Below, in pieces: positions 11,086-22,922 of a DNA stretch of 64,000 nucleotides (positions are counted from its first letter, which is position 1; the number at the start of each line of letters is the position of its first letter). A program made the translations under genes and the position numbers. The notes beneath the pieces were generated by a model. The model saw only the letters and a list, made by a program, of their open reading frames with translations. It was not told the DNA's origin and made no database searches. The DNA is from Vermamoeba vermiformis (Eukaryota), in NCBI GenBank assembly GCA_045837725.1, contig JBEWZL010000238.1, positions 1 through 64,000 of the forward strand, given 5' to 3'.

Positions 11086-11237
11086 AAGTCAATATCCTGA
11101 GTCGAGGAGATAATTCGGTTGGGTGGTGAATTTTTGTTTATTTTTTCATTATTTTTTTGGATGTGATGGTCTTGACAGTTTTCTATTCAATATTTAAATA
11201 AAATTTTTATTCATTTTTTTGGATGTGATAGTCTTGT
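11086..11237 (+). repeat. ~150 bp repeat, copy 2
   Basis: aagtcaatatcctg...ttcattatttttttggatgtgatggtcttg...ttcaatatttaaataaaattttt...ggatgtgatagtcttg matches 6305-6455. Confidence 0.85.
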
Positions 11238-11506
11238 GAAAAGAATATGAACAAAATTACTATCGAAATTCGCTCTAATATATTCAAAATGTGAATACTG
11301 CATATTTAAATATATTTCAATGAATGAAAATTCTATGATGCTTGGCATCATTGTTTTAAATACTTAACGCATCAATGAGAGATTTCAATTAAAATGCCTT
11401 CAAAAGTGATGATATCAAATGAATTACATCTAATCCCACCCCCGTTGTTTCAAACTCTGTTTATTGAATTTTCAAAAACCAATAGAATTACACAATCTGG
11501 TATTTT

Positions 11507-13069
11507 TTATGATGAAGATTTCGTTGTTCCTAGTGTGGAAACTCCAGAGTACTTTCCTTTGTACTTCTTTAAGTTTGGAACAAAACTTAAAATTAATCCC
11601 AAAGAAATCATGGTTTGGAACATTTGTCCACACCAGAATAAAGCTCTGTAACCTTCAGGACCACCAGCAAAACCAGAAAACACGTACAAATTTAAGAATA
11701 TAAGGCCTAAAAATCCTAGCATTACTGACGAATGAGCAACAACCACCTATCGTAAAACAAAATAAGATGATGTTTACAACCAGCAAACAACTTACTTTCC
11801 CAAGAGCAAGTTCAGCATCTTTTGTTTTAGCACGCTTTGATTGAAAAGCGATCAACTTAATCATGGTGTACAAGTAATAAATGGCAGGCACCAAATATGC
11901 AGCGCTGAATATAATTTGATAGGCCAGAATAGTTTCAAATTTAACTCCACCATAAGCTCGTGCAATTTCAAAGGCATACTCAAAAATCAACAGTCCACTT
12001 GCCATTATAAAGAAGGGGATAAAGAGGCGATTAATAAACTGTGTGACTCTCAAAGTTGTCATGCTCAAAATTTCATGCCTACCAAATTGTTAACTTTAAT
12101 CGATGAGTACTATGTTTGATAATTACCAGAAAGAAATAGTGAGAATAGCTGCAACAAACGTTAACGGAGCACCATGTCCAAAAGTGATAGCAAAAATGGC
12201 ATTGGGGTATAGTTTTCTTGTAGCGCAAGGATCAACAATCCACTCAAACAGTGAAACTACAAAGACTATTAGTCTAAAAAAGGAATAAAAGAGTATTCTC
12301 GTACATATAGCATTATAAAGCAAAATAAGCAAGCTGACTTGGGCAACTGAAAACTGAAATCCAACAGACTTTCTGAATTGGATAAGTTTAACCACCGACA
12401 AGACTAATCTAACCAAACAGCATGCAGCTGCAAAAACTTGTGCTGCAATCCACAAACCACTGCTTTCAACCATTGCCCACGGGTTAATTCCTGAAAACAG
12501 TTGTTAGCCAATAATAAAAAAAAGAGTTTTTACTGCAATACCAAACACTATAGATACATCAGCAGAATTTCCTTTTCCAAGGTAGTCCCACAACTTCAGC
12601 CCATCATTTAAGCCAATCTCCACAATAGGCATTACAATGTCATCTGTAGCATAATACTTTTCGTTTGCGTACTCCTCAAATCCCGGGGCCTCTGTAAAAA
12701 AAAATTGAGCTAAATATCAATCTTCAAGGAGTGGACTTGAAAGTTCTTACCAAGACGGAATGTGATAATCACAATAGCTCTTGGAATAAGAGGGAAAAAA
12801 TTGCGAAGATAAAAATCTGTTGCTAATCCTGAATTAAAAACCAATAAGATGTTTCCAGGCAACCAAGTAGTCAGATTAGCAATGCTGGTGAGAGTGCCAT
12901 TCATTGAAGATCCAATTAAATTAGGAGGTGTGCCCTTGTACGTAATTGTTGCAGCAAAATATTGTCCAGCAATCTCAGGTGGCGAGTTCACCTGAAGAAA
13001 ACCTGTAGGAGGGGGTTGGCAAGCACAAAAAGTGATTGCTGCAAGAAAAACAACAAATTTTAGCATCAT
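11507..13069 (-). CDS. Signal peptide + PA-like extracellular domain + multi-pass (about 7 TM) membrane protein, spliced
   Basis: Hydrophobic N-terminus, MPIVEI (PA-like), NPW juxtamembrane motif, and successive TM helices across ORFs 12710-13069, 12123-12473, 11655-12068 and 11507-11746. Confidence 0.65.
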
Positions 13070-13629
13070 TTGTTCTATTTTTGTTCAAAATAATATAATC
13101 TGAATTTTCGAACCGCCCACACATTAAAAATGAGACTTTTGAATTAAAAAAATTGTTTGAGAACTCAACACAAGCAAGACTGTCGCCTCTATAATATGAA
13201 TGAACTTTTATTTCTGGCAATAGTGAAGTCTTAAAAAAGTTACCCAAGTATTCCTTCTGGTTACCATTTAATCAATCAATGAGTCTTACCTTGTAGCCTT
13301 TGTCTTGTTGCACAAGCTCAGCCTCCAATTCTGCTTCAATATCCACCCTCTTGAGCGAATCAGGTTTTGAGTTCCATTCTCGTTTATTTTTTCTTTCCGT
13401 CAAGGAAGTCGTTCAACCATTCATTTCACTATTTTGAGATTTTTGTACCTGCATACATTGAATTCAACCAGTTACTGTTGAGCATGAGCTTTCACCCCAA
13501 CTTAATTGGCAATCCTTATAAAAGAGTAGATTAAAAGTGCCTTTTAACAATACAATGTGACATGAGCACACTGCCTATAATTTCTAGCTACCATTAGACT
13601 TTTTGCTTTTGAGAAAGATTTTTGAAGGC

Positions 13630-14919
13630 TCATTGATTTATGTTGCAAGCTTTGCTGGCTTGCCTGTTACAGTGCTTTGCTAAAGCGTAAACATATGCTT
13701 GAGGGTTTCCAATTGTAGGCTCTGGAATAACTGAGGCGTCACATACACGGATATTTTTGCATCCAGACATCAACAATTGAGTATCCACCACAGTTCCAAT
13801 GGAACAGGTTCCAACAGGGTGAGAAAAAGACTTTAAGGCATTTATGTCAATGTTTGACTTCCAATTGCTGCAAAGAACAGGAGATTTATCAAACAATGAT
13901 TGCAGCTTATCTAAAATTTTCATCCATTTTTCCCTATTGTAATCGGTCTGAAACTGGAGCTGTCCTCCTGGGAAAAAATTATTTGCTTTACATTCCAATC
14001 CTCCTTCACATTTTGAATCAAGGAGAGCAACTTGAAACTTGAAACCAGAATTTCCTTTCAATTTTCCAATCCCAAACTGGAATTGGAAGTCAGGGTATTT
14101 GAGTGCCTGGTCACTTTTCCAAAAACCAATGTACAATGAAGTTTTATCTGCTGGAAGATTGGTGGTAAACGTCCAGCAAGTGTGATCACTAAGGTTACAA
14201 CCAACTTCCTTCAAAATATGTTCGGGCAATCCAGATTTCAGTAAAATATGTGGGGATCCAAAAGCTCCTGCACACAAGATGAGTTCTCCTTCTACTTTAA
14301 ATTCTCCTTTGGAGGTGACTATTGATGATGCCACAACTTTCCCATCCTCCTCTCTCCAATTGATTTTTTCCACTGCTACATCAGTAACTATATGTAAGTT
14401 AGGACTTTCTTTGCCTAGAATATAATGTGAGTAGCTAGACACTCTATTCCTTCCATCACTTGTAATTGGAAGAGGAAAAATCCCTTCCTCAACGCTTGTT
14501 GTTACTGGCTTTATCTTTAGTTGGAAGACATCTGCCATATTATTAATGAATTCACTCAAAAGATCACAGTCATTGTTCTCAATAATTGTACAAATAGGAA
14601 TCTCCTTTTCAAGCTCTTCCCAATAATCACTGAAATCTTTGGACAGGCCAAGATTTGCCAGCCAAGGTGTGTCATTATAGCGAACCCAGACTCCTCCATT
14701 TACTGAAGAACTTCCTCCTAATCCTTCACCCAGAATAGCTGGTAACTGAGTGGTGGAGTAGTTTTTTATCAACTCTGCACTATAGTCACCATTAAAAAAA
14801 AGTCCAAATGAAGTTGGGGCCGGCCCTTTTTCATACAATGTCACAATTGCATTTTTTGATAACATAGCAGCCAGTGCACATCCCCCAGTGCCTCCACCAA
14901 CAATTGTAAAATGTTTCAT
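13630..14919 (-). CDS. GMC-family FAD oxidoreductase (paralog 1), intronless
   Basis: IVGGGTGG, GLGGSSSVNG, ILCAGAFGSPHILLKSG, NLSDH, HPVGTC, VCDASVIPEPTIGNPQA. Confidence 0.93.
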   Translation of the reverse strand: MKHFTIVGGGTGGCALAAMLSKNAIVTLYEKGPAPTSFGLFFNGDYSAELIKNYSTTQLPAILGEGLGGSSSVNGGVWVRYNDTPWLANLGLSKDFSDYWEELEKEIPICTIIENNDCDLLSEFINNMADVFQLKIKPVTTSVEEGIFPLPITSDGRNRVSSYSHYILGKESPNLHIVTDVAVEKINWREEDGKVVASSIVTSKGEFKVEGELILCAGAFGSPHILLKSGLPEHILKEVGCNLSDHTCWTFTTNLPADKTSLYIGFWKSDQALKYPDFQFQFGIGKLKGNSGFKFQVALLDSKCEGGLECKANNFFPGGQLQFQTDYNREKWMKILDKLQSLFDKSPVLCSNWKSNIDINALKSFSHPVGTCSIGTVVDTQLLMSGCKNIRVCDASVIPEPTIGNPQAYVYALAKHCNRQASKACNINQ

Positions 14920-15030
14920 GTTCTTGTTGTCCAAAATTGTTTATTAGCAAAAATCTAACGGCTCATGCGACTATTGTCCGGAAAATGAACAGATCAAAAA
15001 TTATTAATTATTTTATAGGCTCAGTACAGG

Positions 15031-16761
15031 ATGAAGAAGCTCCATAAGATAATTAAAGTTCACAAGTATTGGTGGTTCCTCGTACTTGTTATTATACAAT
15101 CTGGGAATTTTCCAGTGATGAGCTATTTTACAGGGAAGTTAGCTGCATCAGAGATCTACAGTGAAGAATTCTACAACATTATAATTATCCTGTCTGCAAT
15201 TTGTTTTGCATCTCTTGGACTTTTGTATATAAACACCTATTGCAGTGCTTACCTTGGAGAGAAGGAATCAAAGCACCACATTTCACGCTTTTTGGACGAG
15301 CTTTGTAAAAAGAATATGTTGTGGATGGATAAACAAACTATTGGTGCTATTTCGTCTTCCGTTATGGAAACTAAAAATCTAGGCGCAACCCTTAATAACA
15401 CTTATCCAGATTTGCTTCGCAATATTTTTTCCATAGTATGGTTTGCTGTCATTGTTGGATTAATCCACCCCTATTTTACAGCTTTATTAGTTGGTCAAGG
15501 ACTACTGACAGTTCTTGCAATATATGCAATTCGAAAACCTTTGATTAATACTGCTATGAGGAAGCAGCAATATGAGCAAACATTTTTCTCAAGTCTAACA
15601 GAATTCCTTTACAATTGGAAAACAGTTAAAGTTTTTCAATATCAAGATTATGTTGTGAACAAGTTGAAGAAAATACAAAAGGAATCTCTAAAGACAACTT
15701 CTAAACTTGGTACACTTACTAGCATTGGCGCTACTCTATCTACTGCAGTAGCTTTTGGGGGGTTTATAGGATCAGCATTTCTGGGATTATACATTGCAAG
15801 TTTGCAGAGTATTAAATATGCAGAGTTATACCCAGTTTGGACTGCAACGCTAAATTTTGGAATTATGGTCAGAGCAGTTACACAAAAATACAATGAGCTG
15901 TTGACATCTTCACAAGGAGCAAAAAGAGTATCATCTACACTTGCCTTGGGAGAGGGCTTAGATGCAACTACAGAGCTTAACGAAGTACCTCAACATTGGG
16001 GAATTGAGCTCAAAAATCTCTCGTTTGCAATAAAAAACAAAACGATTCTACATCACTTATCTCTCAATATTCCAGAGCGAACGATGGCAGCTTTTGTTGG
16101 AAGCTCTGGAGCAGGAAAATCAACTTTGATGTGCATTTTACTGAAACTGTTGCAAGGATATGAAGGAGAATTTAAGGTTGGAGATGTAGATTGTTGTAAC
16201 GTGACTGCCTCCACCTATCTGGCAAATGTTTCTTACGTTCCCCAAGAGTTTTGTATTTTCAACACAACAATTGAAGAAAACATTAGAATAGGAAACATAA
16301 ATGCAAGTTTGGAAGAAATTGAAGAAGCTGCAGCAAAAGCTTCTTTACATGACTATATAATGCAACTTCCAGAAGGTTATAAAACAATTGTTGGAGAGAG
16401 AGGAGTTCAATTATCAGGAGGACAAAGACAAAGGCTAGCAATAGCAAGAGCTCTAGCCAAAAAGCCCAGAATTTTAATTCTTGATGAAGCCACAAGTGCA
16501 TTAGATTCAGCCACTGAGGCTGATATTCAAGAGAGTATCAATAACATTGCCAATCAGTGCACTATTATAATTGTGGCACATCGGCTAAGTACCATTAAGA
16601 AAGCAAACTGTATTTATGTAATGCAAGAGGGACGTTTGATCGAGCAGGGAGATTACTCTTCTTTATTGGCAATGGAAGGAGTATTTAGTAATATGGTGAA
16701 GGCTCAAGAACTCACTTCCACTAAATTTATCAACCAAAGACAGAGAAGCACAACAATGTAA
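15031..16761 (+). CDS. ABC half-transporter (ABCB-type TMD-NBD exporter), intronless
   Basis: About six TM segments, Walker A GSSGAGKS, signature LSGGQ, Walker B ILILDEATSALD, AHRL. Confidence 0.95.
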   Translation: MKKLHKIIKVHKYWWFLVLVIIQSGNFPVMSYFTGKLAASEIYSEEFYNIIIILSAICFASLGLLYINTYCSAYLGEKESKHHISRFLDELCKKNMLWMDKQTIGAISSSVMETKNLGATLNNTYPDLLRNIFSIVWFAVIVGLIHPYFTALLVGQGLLTVLAIYAIRKPLINTAMRKQQYEQTFFSSLTEFLYNWKTVKVFQYQDYVVNKLKKIQKESLKTTSKLGTLTSIGATLSTAVAFGGFIGSAFLGLYIASLQSIKYAELYPVWTATLNFGIMVRAVTQKYNELLTSSQGAKRVSSTLALGEGLDATTELNEVPQHWGIELKNLSFAIKNKTILHHLSLNIPERTMAAFVGSSGAGKSTLMCILLKLLQGYEGEFKVGDVDCCNVTASTYLANVSYVPQEFCIFNTTIEENIRIGNINASLEEIEEAAAKASLHDYIMQLPEGYKTIVGERGVQLSGGQRQRLAIARALAKKPRILILDEATSALDSATEADIQESINNIANQCTIIIVAHRLSTIKKANCIYVMQEGRLIEQGDYSSLLAMEGVFSNMVKAQELTSTKFINQRQRSTTM

Positions 16762-16791
16762 AGAATCTAATTAAAAAAGTAGTGCTACCAT

Positions 16792-18072
16792 TTATTGCAA
16801 TAAATTAGTCAGTCTCACAGCATTTGCATACACAAAAGCCTGAGGATTACCTAAGGTTGGCTCTGGGATGATTGAAGCATCACATATACGAATATTAGAG
16901 CTCCTTTTTAGCAAAAAACTGTGAGGCTCTGTCACTTTACCCAATTGACACGTTCCTACAAAATGCTGGAAAGAATGGATATTATTTTTTGACAGCTTAT
17001 CTTTCCAACCAGAGCACAAAGGGTGTGAAAATATTTTTTCTAATTTTGGAAAGACCAAATCCCATTTATCTTCATCATATGAAGTGAGAGGAGGAGAATT
17101 AATTTCAGGAAAGTCTTGCCCATTTGAGCAGGGAGATAGTGAACCAGAAGAGTTAGATTTGAGAAAAGCAATCTGAAAGAAGAATGCAGGACTATCATCT
17201 TTTGGAACAGCACAGCCAAATTGTACCTGGAAATCTGGGAAGGGCTCGTCTTTGGAGCTTTTAAAAAACATAGCATAGATGGAGGGGTTCAATGCTTTAC
17301 AGGGAGTGAAAAACTCCAAGCAAGGGTGATCCCTTAAATTTTGTCCAATTTCGGGAATTTCGATGTGCAAGTTTGAGTTAAAAAGTATTTGAGGAGTTCC
17401 AAATGAGCCAGCACATAAAATTACTTCGCCATCAACATCAAACCTTCCTTTTTCACATATTACCCCTGTTGCTTTTATTAATCCATTTTCCTTTGTCCAT
17501 TCCAAATGACTAACAGCACAATTTTCTTGGACTTTCAAATGACTTATGTTTGCTGTAATTTTCTCTTGCAAGAATGCAGTGTAGCTTGAGACACGACTCT
17601 GCCCAATCCTAGTTAAAGGAATTCGAAAAATCCCCTCTGTGACGTAGTTTGATGGCTGAATGACCGGCACATTAAATTCAACTGACATCATGTTGGCAAA
17701 CTCTTCAACTGCTTCATTTTTCTCAGAAGGTTCAATTGGAATAGTTTTTTCAAGCATATTCCAAATAGAATCAAATTCCATCTTCATGTCAAAGTTGTCA
17801 AGCCAAGTTTGGTATTGCGAAGGACTTCTGATCCAAACTGAGCCATTAACTGAGGATCCTCCTCCAAATACATTTGGAATTATTATTCTGTCTCCTTTGC
17901 AATTCAATTCAGTAATTGCTCTTTTGTTGACAAAACCATTCACAGTTAAGAAGAAATCAGTTGGCTGTTGCCCCCTTTCTATCAAAGCTATGTTGGATGT
18001 TTTGCTTAATTCGCCTGCAACAATGCATCCTGCAGTTCCTCCTCCAATAATAATAAAGCTTCTTGAGTTCAT
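16792..18072 (-). CDS. GMC-family FAD oxidoreductase (paralog 2), intronless
   Basis: IIGGGTAG, FGGGSSVNG, ILCAGSFGTPQIL, NLRDH, HFVGTC, ICDASIIPEPTLGNPQA. Confidence 0.93.
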   Translation of the reverse strand: MNSRSFIIIGGGTAGCIVAGELSKTSNIALIERGQQPTDFFLTVNGFVNKRAITELNCKGDRIIIPNVFGGGSSVNGSVWIRSPSQYQTWLDNFDMKMEFDSIWNMLEKTIPIEPSEKNEAVEEFANMMSVEFNVPVIQPSNYVTEGIFRIPLTRIGQSRVSSYTAFLQEKITANISHLKVQENCAVSHLEWTKENGLIKATGVICEKGRFDVDGEVILCAGSFGTPQILFNSNLHIEIPEIGQNLRDHPCLEFFTPCKALNPSIYAMFFKSSKDEPFPDFQVQFGCAVPKDDSPAFFFQIAFLKSNSSGSLSPCSNGQDFPEINSPPLTSYDEDKWDLVFPKLEKIFSHPLCSGWKDKLSKNNIHSFQHFVGTCQLGKVTEPHSFLLKRSSNIRICDASIIPEPTLGNPQAFVYANAVRLTNLLQ

Positions 18073-18307
18073 TTTGCAACTACAATGAAAAAAAGAGCTG
18101 TTAATTTAAAAGCCCATTTGCAACACCTTTAATAAAATTATGATACTGTACACAACAATCTGAGCCTTTTGCCCGTACTTTCAATCAAGACTCACCTCAA
18201 CAAGTAAAATAACAACAAAATTCAAAATTTCCTTGTTGAAAAAATCCATTTTTGGCTGTTCACAGAAGTCCACACCTGATTGAATGAATAACTAATTCAA
18301 CCTTACA

Positions 18308-19839
18308 ATGGAATCGCTAAACATAAAAGGTAGATCAGCAATTATGAGCTTGTGGTAATTTTGTTTTTTAGGACATGTGCTTATGCCATCAGATGCTGAA
18401 TATCAATTGCGAAAAGACCGAGTTTATAACAAGAGATTTACCCAATTGTATGTCCTTTTTACCATTTCTGCACTTCTAATGCATTGACAAGCTGCCCTGA
18501 AATGATTTGCGTTCCAAGCAACACTGCTGATGTGATAGAAATAGTCAGATTTGCAAGCAAAAATGGAAAAGCAATAATTGTTCGATGTGGAGGGCATTCA
18601 ATGACTGGTCTCAGTGCATGCAAGGAAGGAGAGATTTTGGTAGACATGTCATTGATGAACAGAGTAGCGTTTAATAAGGAGAATGAAATAGCAATAATTG
18701 ACGGGGGATGTTTACTAGCTGATGTCAATTTTGGCCTAGCTACCCATAATAAGGCTATTCCTGTTGGTGATATGGGACTTGTTGGTATTTCAGGTTTAAC
18801 ACTCAATGGAGGGTTTGGAGCCTTAACAAACTCGTTTGGACTTACCCTAGACCATGTTGAACAAGTTGAAATAGTCACTGGGCAAGGGGAAGCCATAACT
18901 GCCAATAGCCATACCAATTCTGATGTTTTCACTGTCATTAAACAAGGCTGTTCTGCTGGTCGATATTTGGGAGTCATAACATCTTTTTCGATCAAGACTT
19001 GTTCAGTGCCTAGTCAAGTTTTTGGTGGGATAGCTAAAAAGAAAGTGCAACATGTTGCAAGTGAAATTTCTTCATGGGTAAACTACTGTGTGGCAAATCC
19101 AACCAACTTTGTTGGCTGTTACTTATTTGGAGTTGAGGATGCCACTGCAGGTAATCACCAGCTCTTCTTTCCAAAATGATCTGACATCTTGCTAGAAATT
19201 GTCTTTAACTACATGGTAATGGAATGCGAGGGCCCCGCTAAGGACTCACTCAAGGCACTTCTTGGTGAATCACCCAAAGTAGATTACTATGCTGAGGCCT
19301 TAAACAAACTTAGTAAGAAATTTGTTAACGATCATATGGGATTTAATTAACTATCTTTGTCTAGCTCCTTTGTTGGCTGAAAAGGAGTGCAGAATGTGTA
19401 GTGTGGAAATGTTGGTCCCTTCTTGGAATGATGATACCAGCCACCAGATTGAGGAAATTTGGAAGGCTGTAGTTGCACATGTAAGTTGATTTGGCACATT
19501 GCCGTAAATAATGCAACCACACATAGGGCTTTTTGAGAAGCAAAAGTATCATTTTCATTCATTATGCAAAGCCACCAAACCGAAGTGAAATGTTTTGGTT
19601 GCAATGTATTATTGGATGGGACAAAGAAAGTGATGATATGCAAGCATTGGCAGTTGCTGAAAAAGCGAGAATTGGTGTACGAAACATTATGAGCAAGTTT
19701 AGCAACATTAATACAGGCTGGCAATTAGATCGTCAACTTGTTAGACAAGTTAAACAGAAGGTAAAGTCAATTTTCTACTTCTCAAAGCTTACTCCTACTT
19801 TAGGTTGATCCGCTTAACGTTTTCCCATGTTTGAAATAA
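18308..19839 (+). CDS. FAD-linked oxidase, berberine-bridge-enzyme/VAO family, spliced
   Basis: MESLNIK|GHVLMPSDAEY..., IVRCGGHS covalent-FAD motif, GISGLTLNGGFG, C-terminal VKQK|VDPLNVF. Confidence 0.88.
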
Positions 19840-19982
19840 ACCAAAATTAAAACTCAAGGCTTCAAATTTACGTAGATGCCTATGATAGGTGAGGAATCTT
19901 TTTCCCATTACTTCTTGAAAACCAAGGTCCAATAACATACAAATTTACTCTTTTTAAAAACCAAGGTAATTTTACAATAGAT

Positions 19983-21586
19983 CTATTTTACAGCAAATTG
20001 AATCTTCATGTTTGAGGGGTGATAAAACGGGGAATATGATGGCCTCATACTAGAGGTATCTACCTTCCATGTAAAGTACAATACGCAAACAAGAATCATT
20101 ATTTGAACTTCATAAATAGCCATTTTCTTTCCCAGACAAGCACGATCTGCAACACTGAATGGAATGTATGCACCAGGAGGGGGATTTTCATAGTGACTCA
20201 TTCCTTCCAGGAATCTCTCTGGAATAAAGGAAAACAGATTTCTCCAATATTTGCTGCTGTGATGCAAACTAAACACCGATATTCCTATACTGAGTTAGAT
20301 ATTGACAATCAAATCTGCCAGTGCGCTTGACTTACCATACACAGCACCAGGTTTTATATTTTCAGAAGTATAGGATTCAGGAATTCTTTCCAATAAAAGG
20401 ATTGGAGGACTCCTTCGAAGCGTCTCCATTATAACAGCCCTTAAGTATCTCATTTGGTGCAATTTCTCAGCTGAAACATCCAATTTGTCCACATTGACCC
20501 CAAGCAGTTGGTTAGCCTCTTGATGTACTTTTTGTAAAACTTGATCATTTTTATGAAGATAATAAAACACCCTATTTACTGGAGTTAATACTCGGGCATG
20601 CAGAAGACTCGGATCATACCATGCTAGTGTATTTGCTGTTGTATCATGCCCTGCAAACATAAATGTCATACAGTGGTCAATGCAATCTTGTTTGGAGAAC
20701 AGAGAGGACTCAGACACCATTCTTGACAAAACAGACCCGTCTTCTCCTGTCAAACACACCAGTTGAGAATTATGATTATATTAATCTATGTTCTTACTTG
20801 ACAGCACCAACTCCTTTTCTATTTGGTCTCTTAGAAATTGAAGCTTATCATAGAAGCCCTTAAAAATATGAGGAGCCAGCGCTGGAGTCAGATTACCAGC
20901 AAGCTTGGAAAAGTATGCTACAGGAGGGAAGCTTGCCAATACATCTTGCCACGATTTGGCAAGCTGGTCAGCATCGCAACCATTCCCAAAGACAAAGTTT
21001 ATAATTAGCCTTAGTGTTAATTGTGTGCAAAAATAAGTGCTATCCATGGGACCTTTGCTGCTGTGTGACTTGATAAAGTTATATGTTTTGATGGAAAACA
21101 TTGACAATACTTCATTCAGATGTGGAAATGTAAAATATTGCTTCACTGCTAAATTGTGTATCTGCCATCTCTCCCCTTTGCTAGTGATTAATCCTTTTCC
21201 AAGCAACGGCGCCATCATCACATCATACGAGAGAGGGTTTTTGGGGAATTGTTGGATCTGGGTCAAAATATCCTTTGCCATTTTGGCACACTTTACTGTA
21301 ATGTAATGAGTGCCATCACAAGAAAAGCCAAAGCCCGTTCTCAACAAAGGCTGTTCACCAGAGCATTCTGCAAGGAACTTTTCGGTATTGGAGTAAATAT
21401 CCTAAATAATTTAATTGACATGCATTCATTTACAGTGGATTAATTTACCACAAATGCAAATGGATTGCGAATGGAGGGTATGGACCAAAATGCAGGGTAT
21501 CGAATCCAGTAAATTATTGCAGAAACTATGAGCCGTAAAATGATGAGAGGTGCAATTATAATTGCGAGAATCAACCTCTTCAACAT
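19983..21586 (-). CDS. Cytochrome P450, spliced
   Basis: N-terminal TM anchor, GLITSKGERW, FAGHDTT (I-helix), ETLR (ExxR), PERF, heme loop FSVADRACLG. Confidence 0.9.
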
Positions 21587-21745
21587 TGCAATGGTATCAC
21601 TTGATTCTTCAAAAAAGTCAGTAATTTAAATTTTTCTCGCCAGGTCAATAATTTCTGAACCTTTTTGTCTGGCCTAAATCACCGTAATTACTGACATAGT
21701 GATACATTTATTCAATTCAGTTAATCTTTAGGAAAACATAGAAAG

Positions 21746-22504
21746 ATGGATGGAAAATTAACAGAGCAACTCGCCATAGTTGTTCCTTATCGAGATAGAG
21801 AAACTCACAAATCACAGTTTTTACCAGAGATTTCTTCCTTTCTAAGCAACAATGGACTGAAGTTTCAAATAATTGTGGTTGAGCAATTGGATCAAAAGCC
21901 ATTTAACAGGGCAACCCTTCTAAATGTTGGATGTAAAATAGCAGCAGAAAAGGGGTGCACCTATTTTGCTCTTCATGATATAGATACGATACCTGTATCG
22001 CCTGAAATTGACTACTCTTTTCCAGAAAACCCAAGGCATTTGTTTGGGCCTGCCCATTCAACTGGAGGGGTGCTATTAATATCCAAAGCACACTATGTTA
22101 AGTGTAACGGAATGTCTAACAGATACTATGGGTATGGACGTGAAGATCTTGACTTCAAGGACAGATTGGAATTATCTGGCATCGTTTTAGATCAGAGCCA
22201 GTTAACTACCAGAATTGAGGCAGATCCAGAGTCTGTTAAATTACACAATGGTTGGAAGCTGCTTCCTCACAAAAACACATTTGTAGAAAACAACTTTAAT
22301 GAAGATGAAAAAAAGAGATATGCTGAAGGGGATTGGACTGTATTCAGGGACAAGTACATAAACTCACCAAACTGGAAAGAATATGAAAAATTTCAGCAAA
22401 ACAGAGAACTGTTTAAAAGTGAAGGGTTGAACAGCTTAGAATGTCAAATCAAATGGCAGGAAGAAATTTCAGAAAATATACACGTTATTGGTGTTGTTTT
22501 ATAA
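21746..22504 (+). CDS. GT7 (beta-1,4-galactosyltransferase-like) glycosyltransferase
   Basis: AIVVPYRDR, FNRATLLNVG, HDID, GMSNRYYGYGRED. Confidence 0.92.
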   Translation: MDGKLTEQLAIVVPYRDRETHKSQFLPEISSFLSNNGLKFQIIVVEQLDQKPFNRATLLNVGCKIAAEKGCTYFALHDIDTIPVSPEIDYSFPENPRHLFGPAHSTGGVLLISKAHYVKCNGMSNRYYGYGREDLDFKDRLELSGIVLDQSQLTTRIEADPESVKLHNGWKLLPHKNTFVENNFNEDEKKRYAEGDWTVFRDKYINSPNWKEYEKFQQNRELFKSEGLNSLECQIKWQEEISENIHVIGVVL

Positions 22505-22922
22505 AGCTTAGTATACCAGCAAATGTTGTTCCATCATATACCCTATTGAAAGATATCACAAAAAGAGTAATGAAATAATCATAAATTAAAATACCTATCT
22601 CACCACGAATAATTACTCCATAATACTGGGTTCTAACTTTAAAAAGTATTAACGTAAGATGTACTAAGGAGAGGTTTATAGTAATGAGGAAGACATCAAA
22701 ATTTATTTGATTTTCCCATGACTTCCTTTTTGGAAACATCTTTGAACTATTAAGAGTTCTGATCAGCATTTGAGATGAGAATGACCATATTTAGATACTC
22801 TAACCACTTGCATTGTCATCTGAGCTGATAAATATGTTACAAATGGAAAACATGCCTGACCTGCCTCATTGATTTTCTGTGCAAAAGCCGTTTGCATACT
22901 ATGTGCACAAACAACCAAATAT

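Noticed and set aside
11394-11703. Plus-strand ORFs 11394-11651 and 11464-11703
   Set aside because: They overlap the last exon and 3' region of the minus-strand membrane protein gene and have no motifs.
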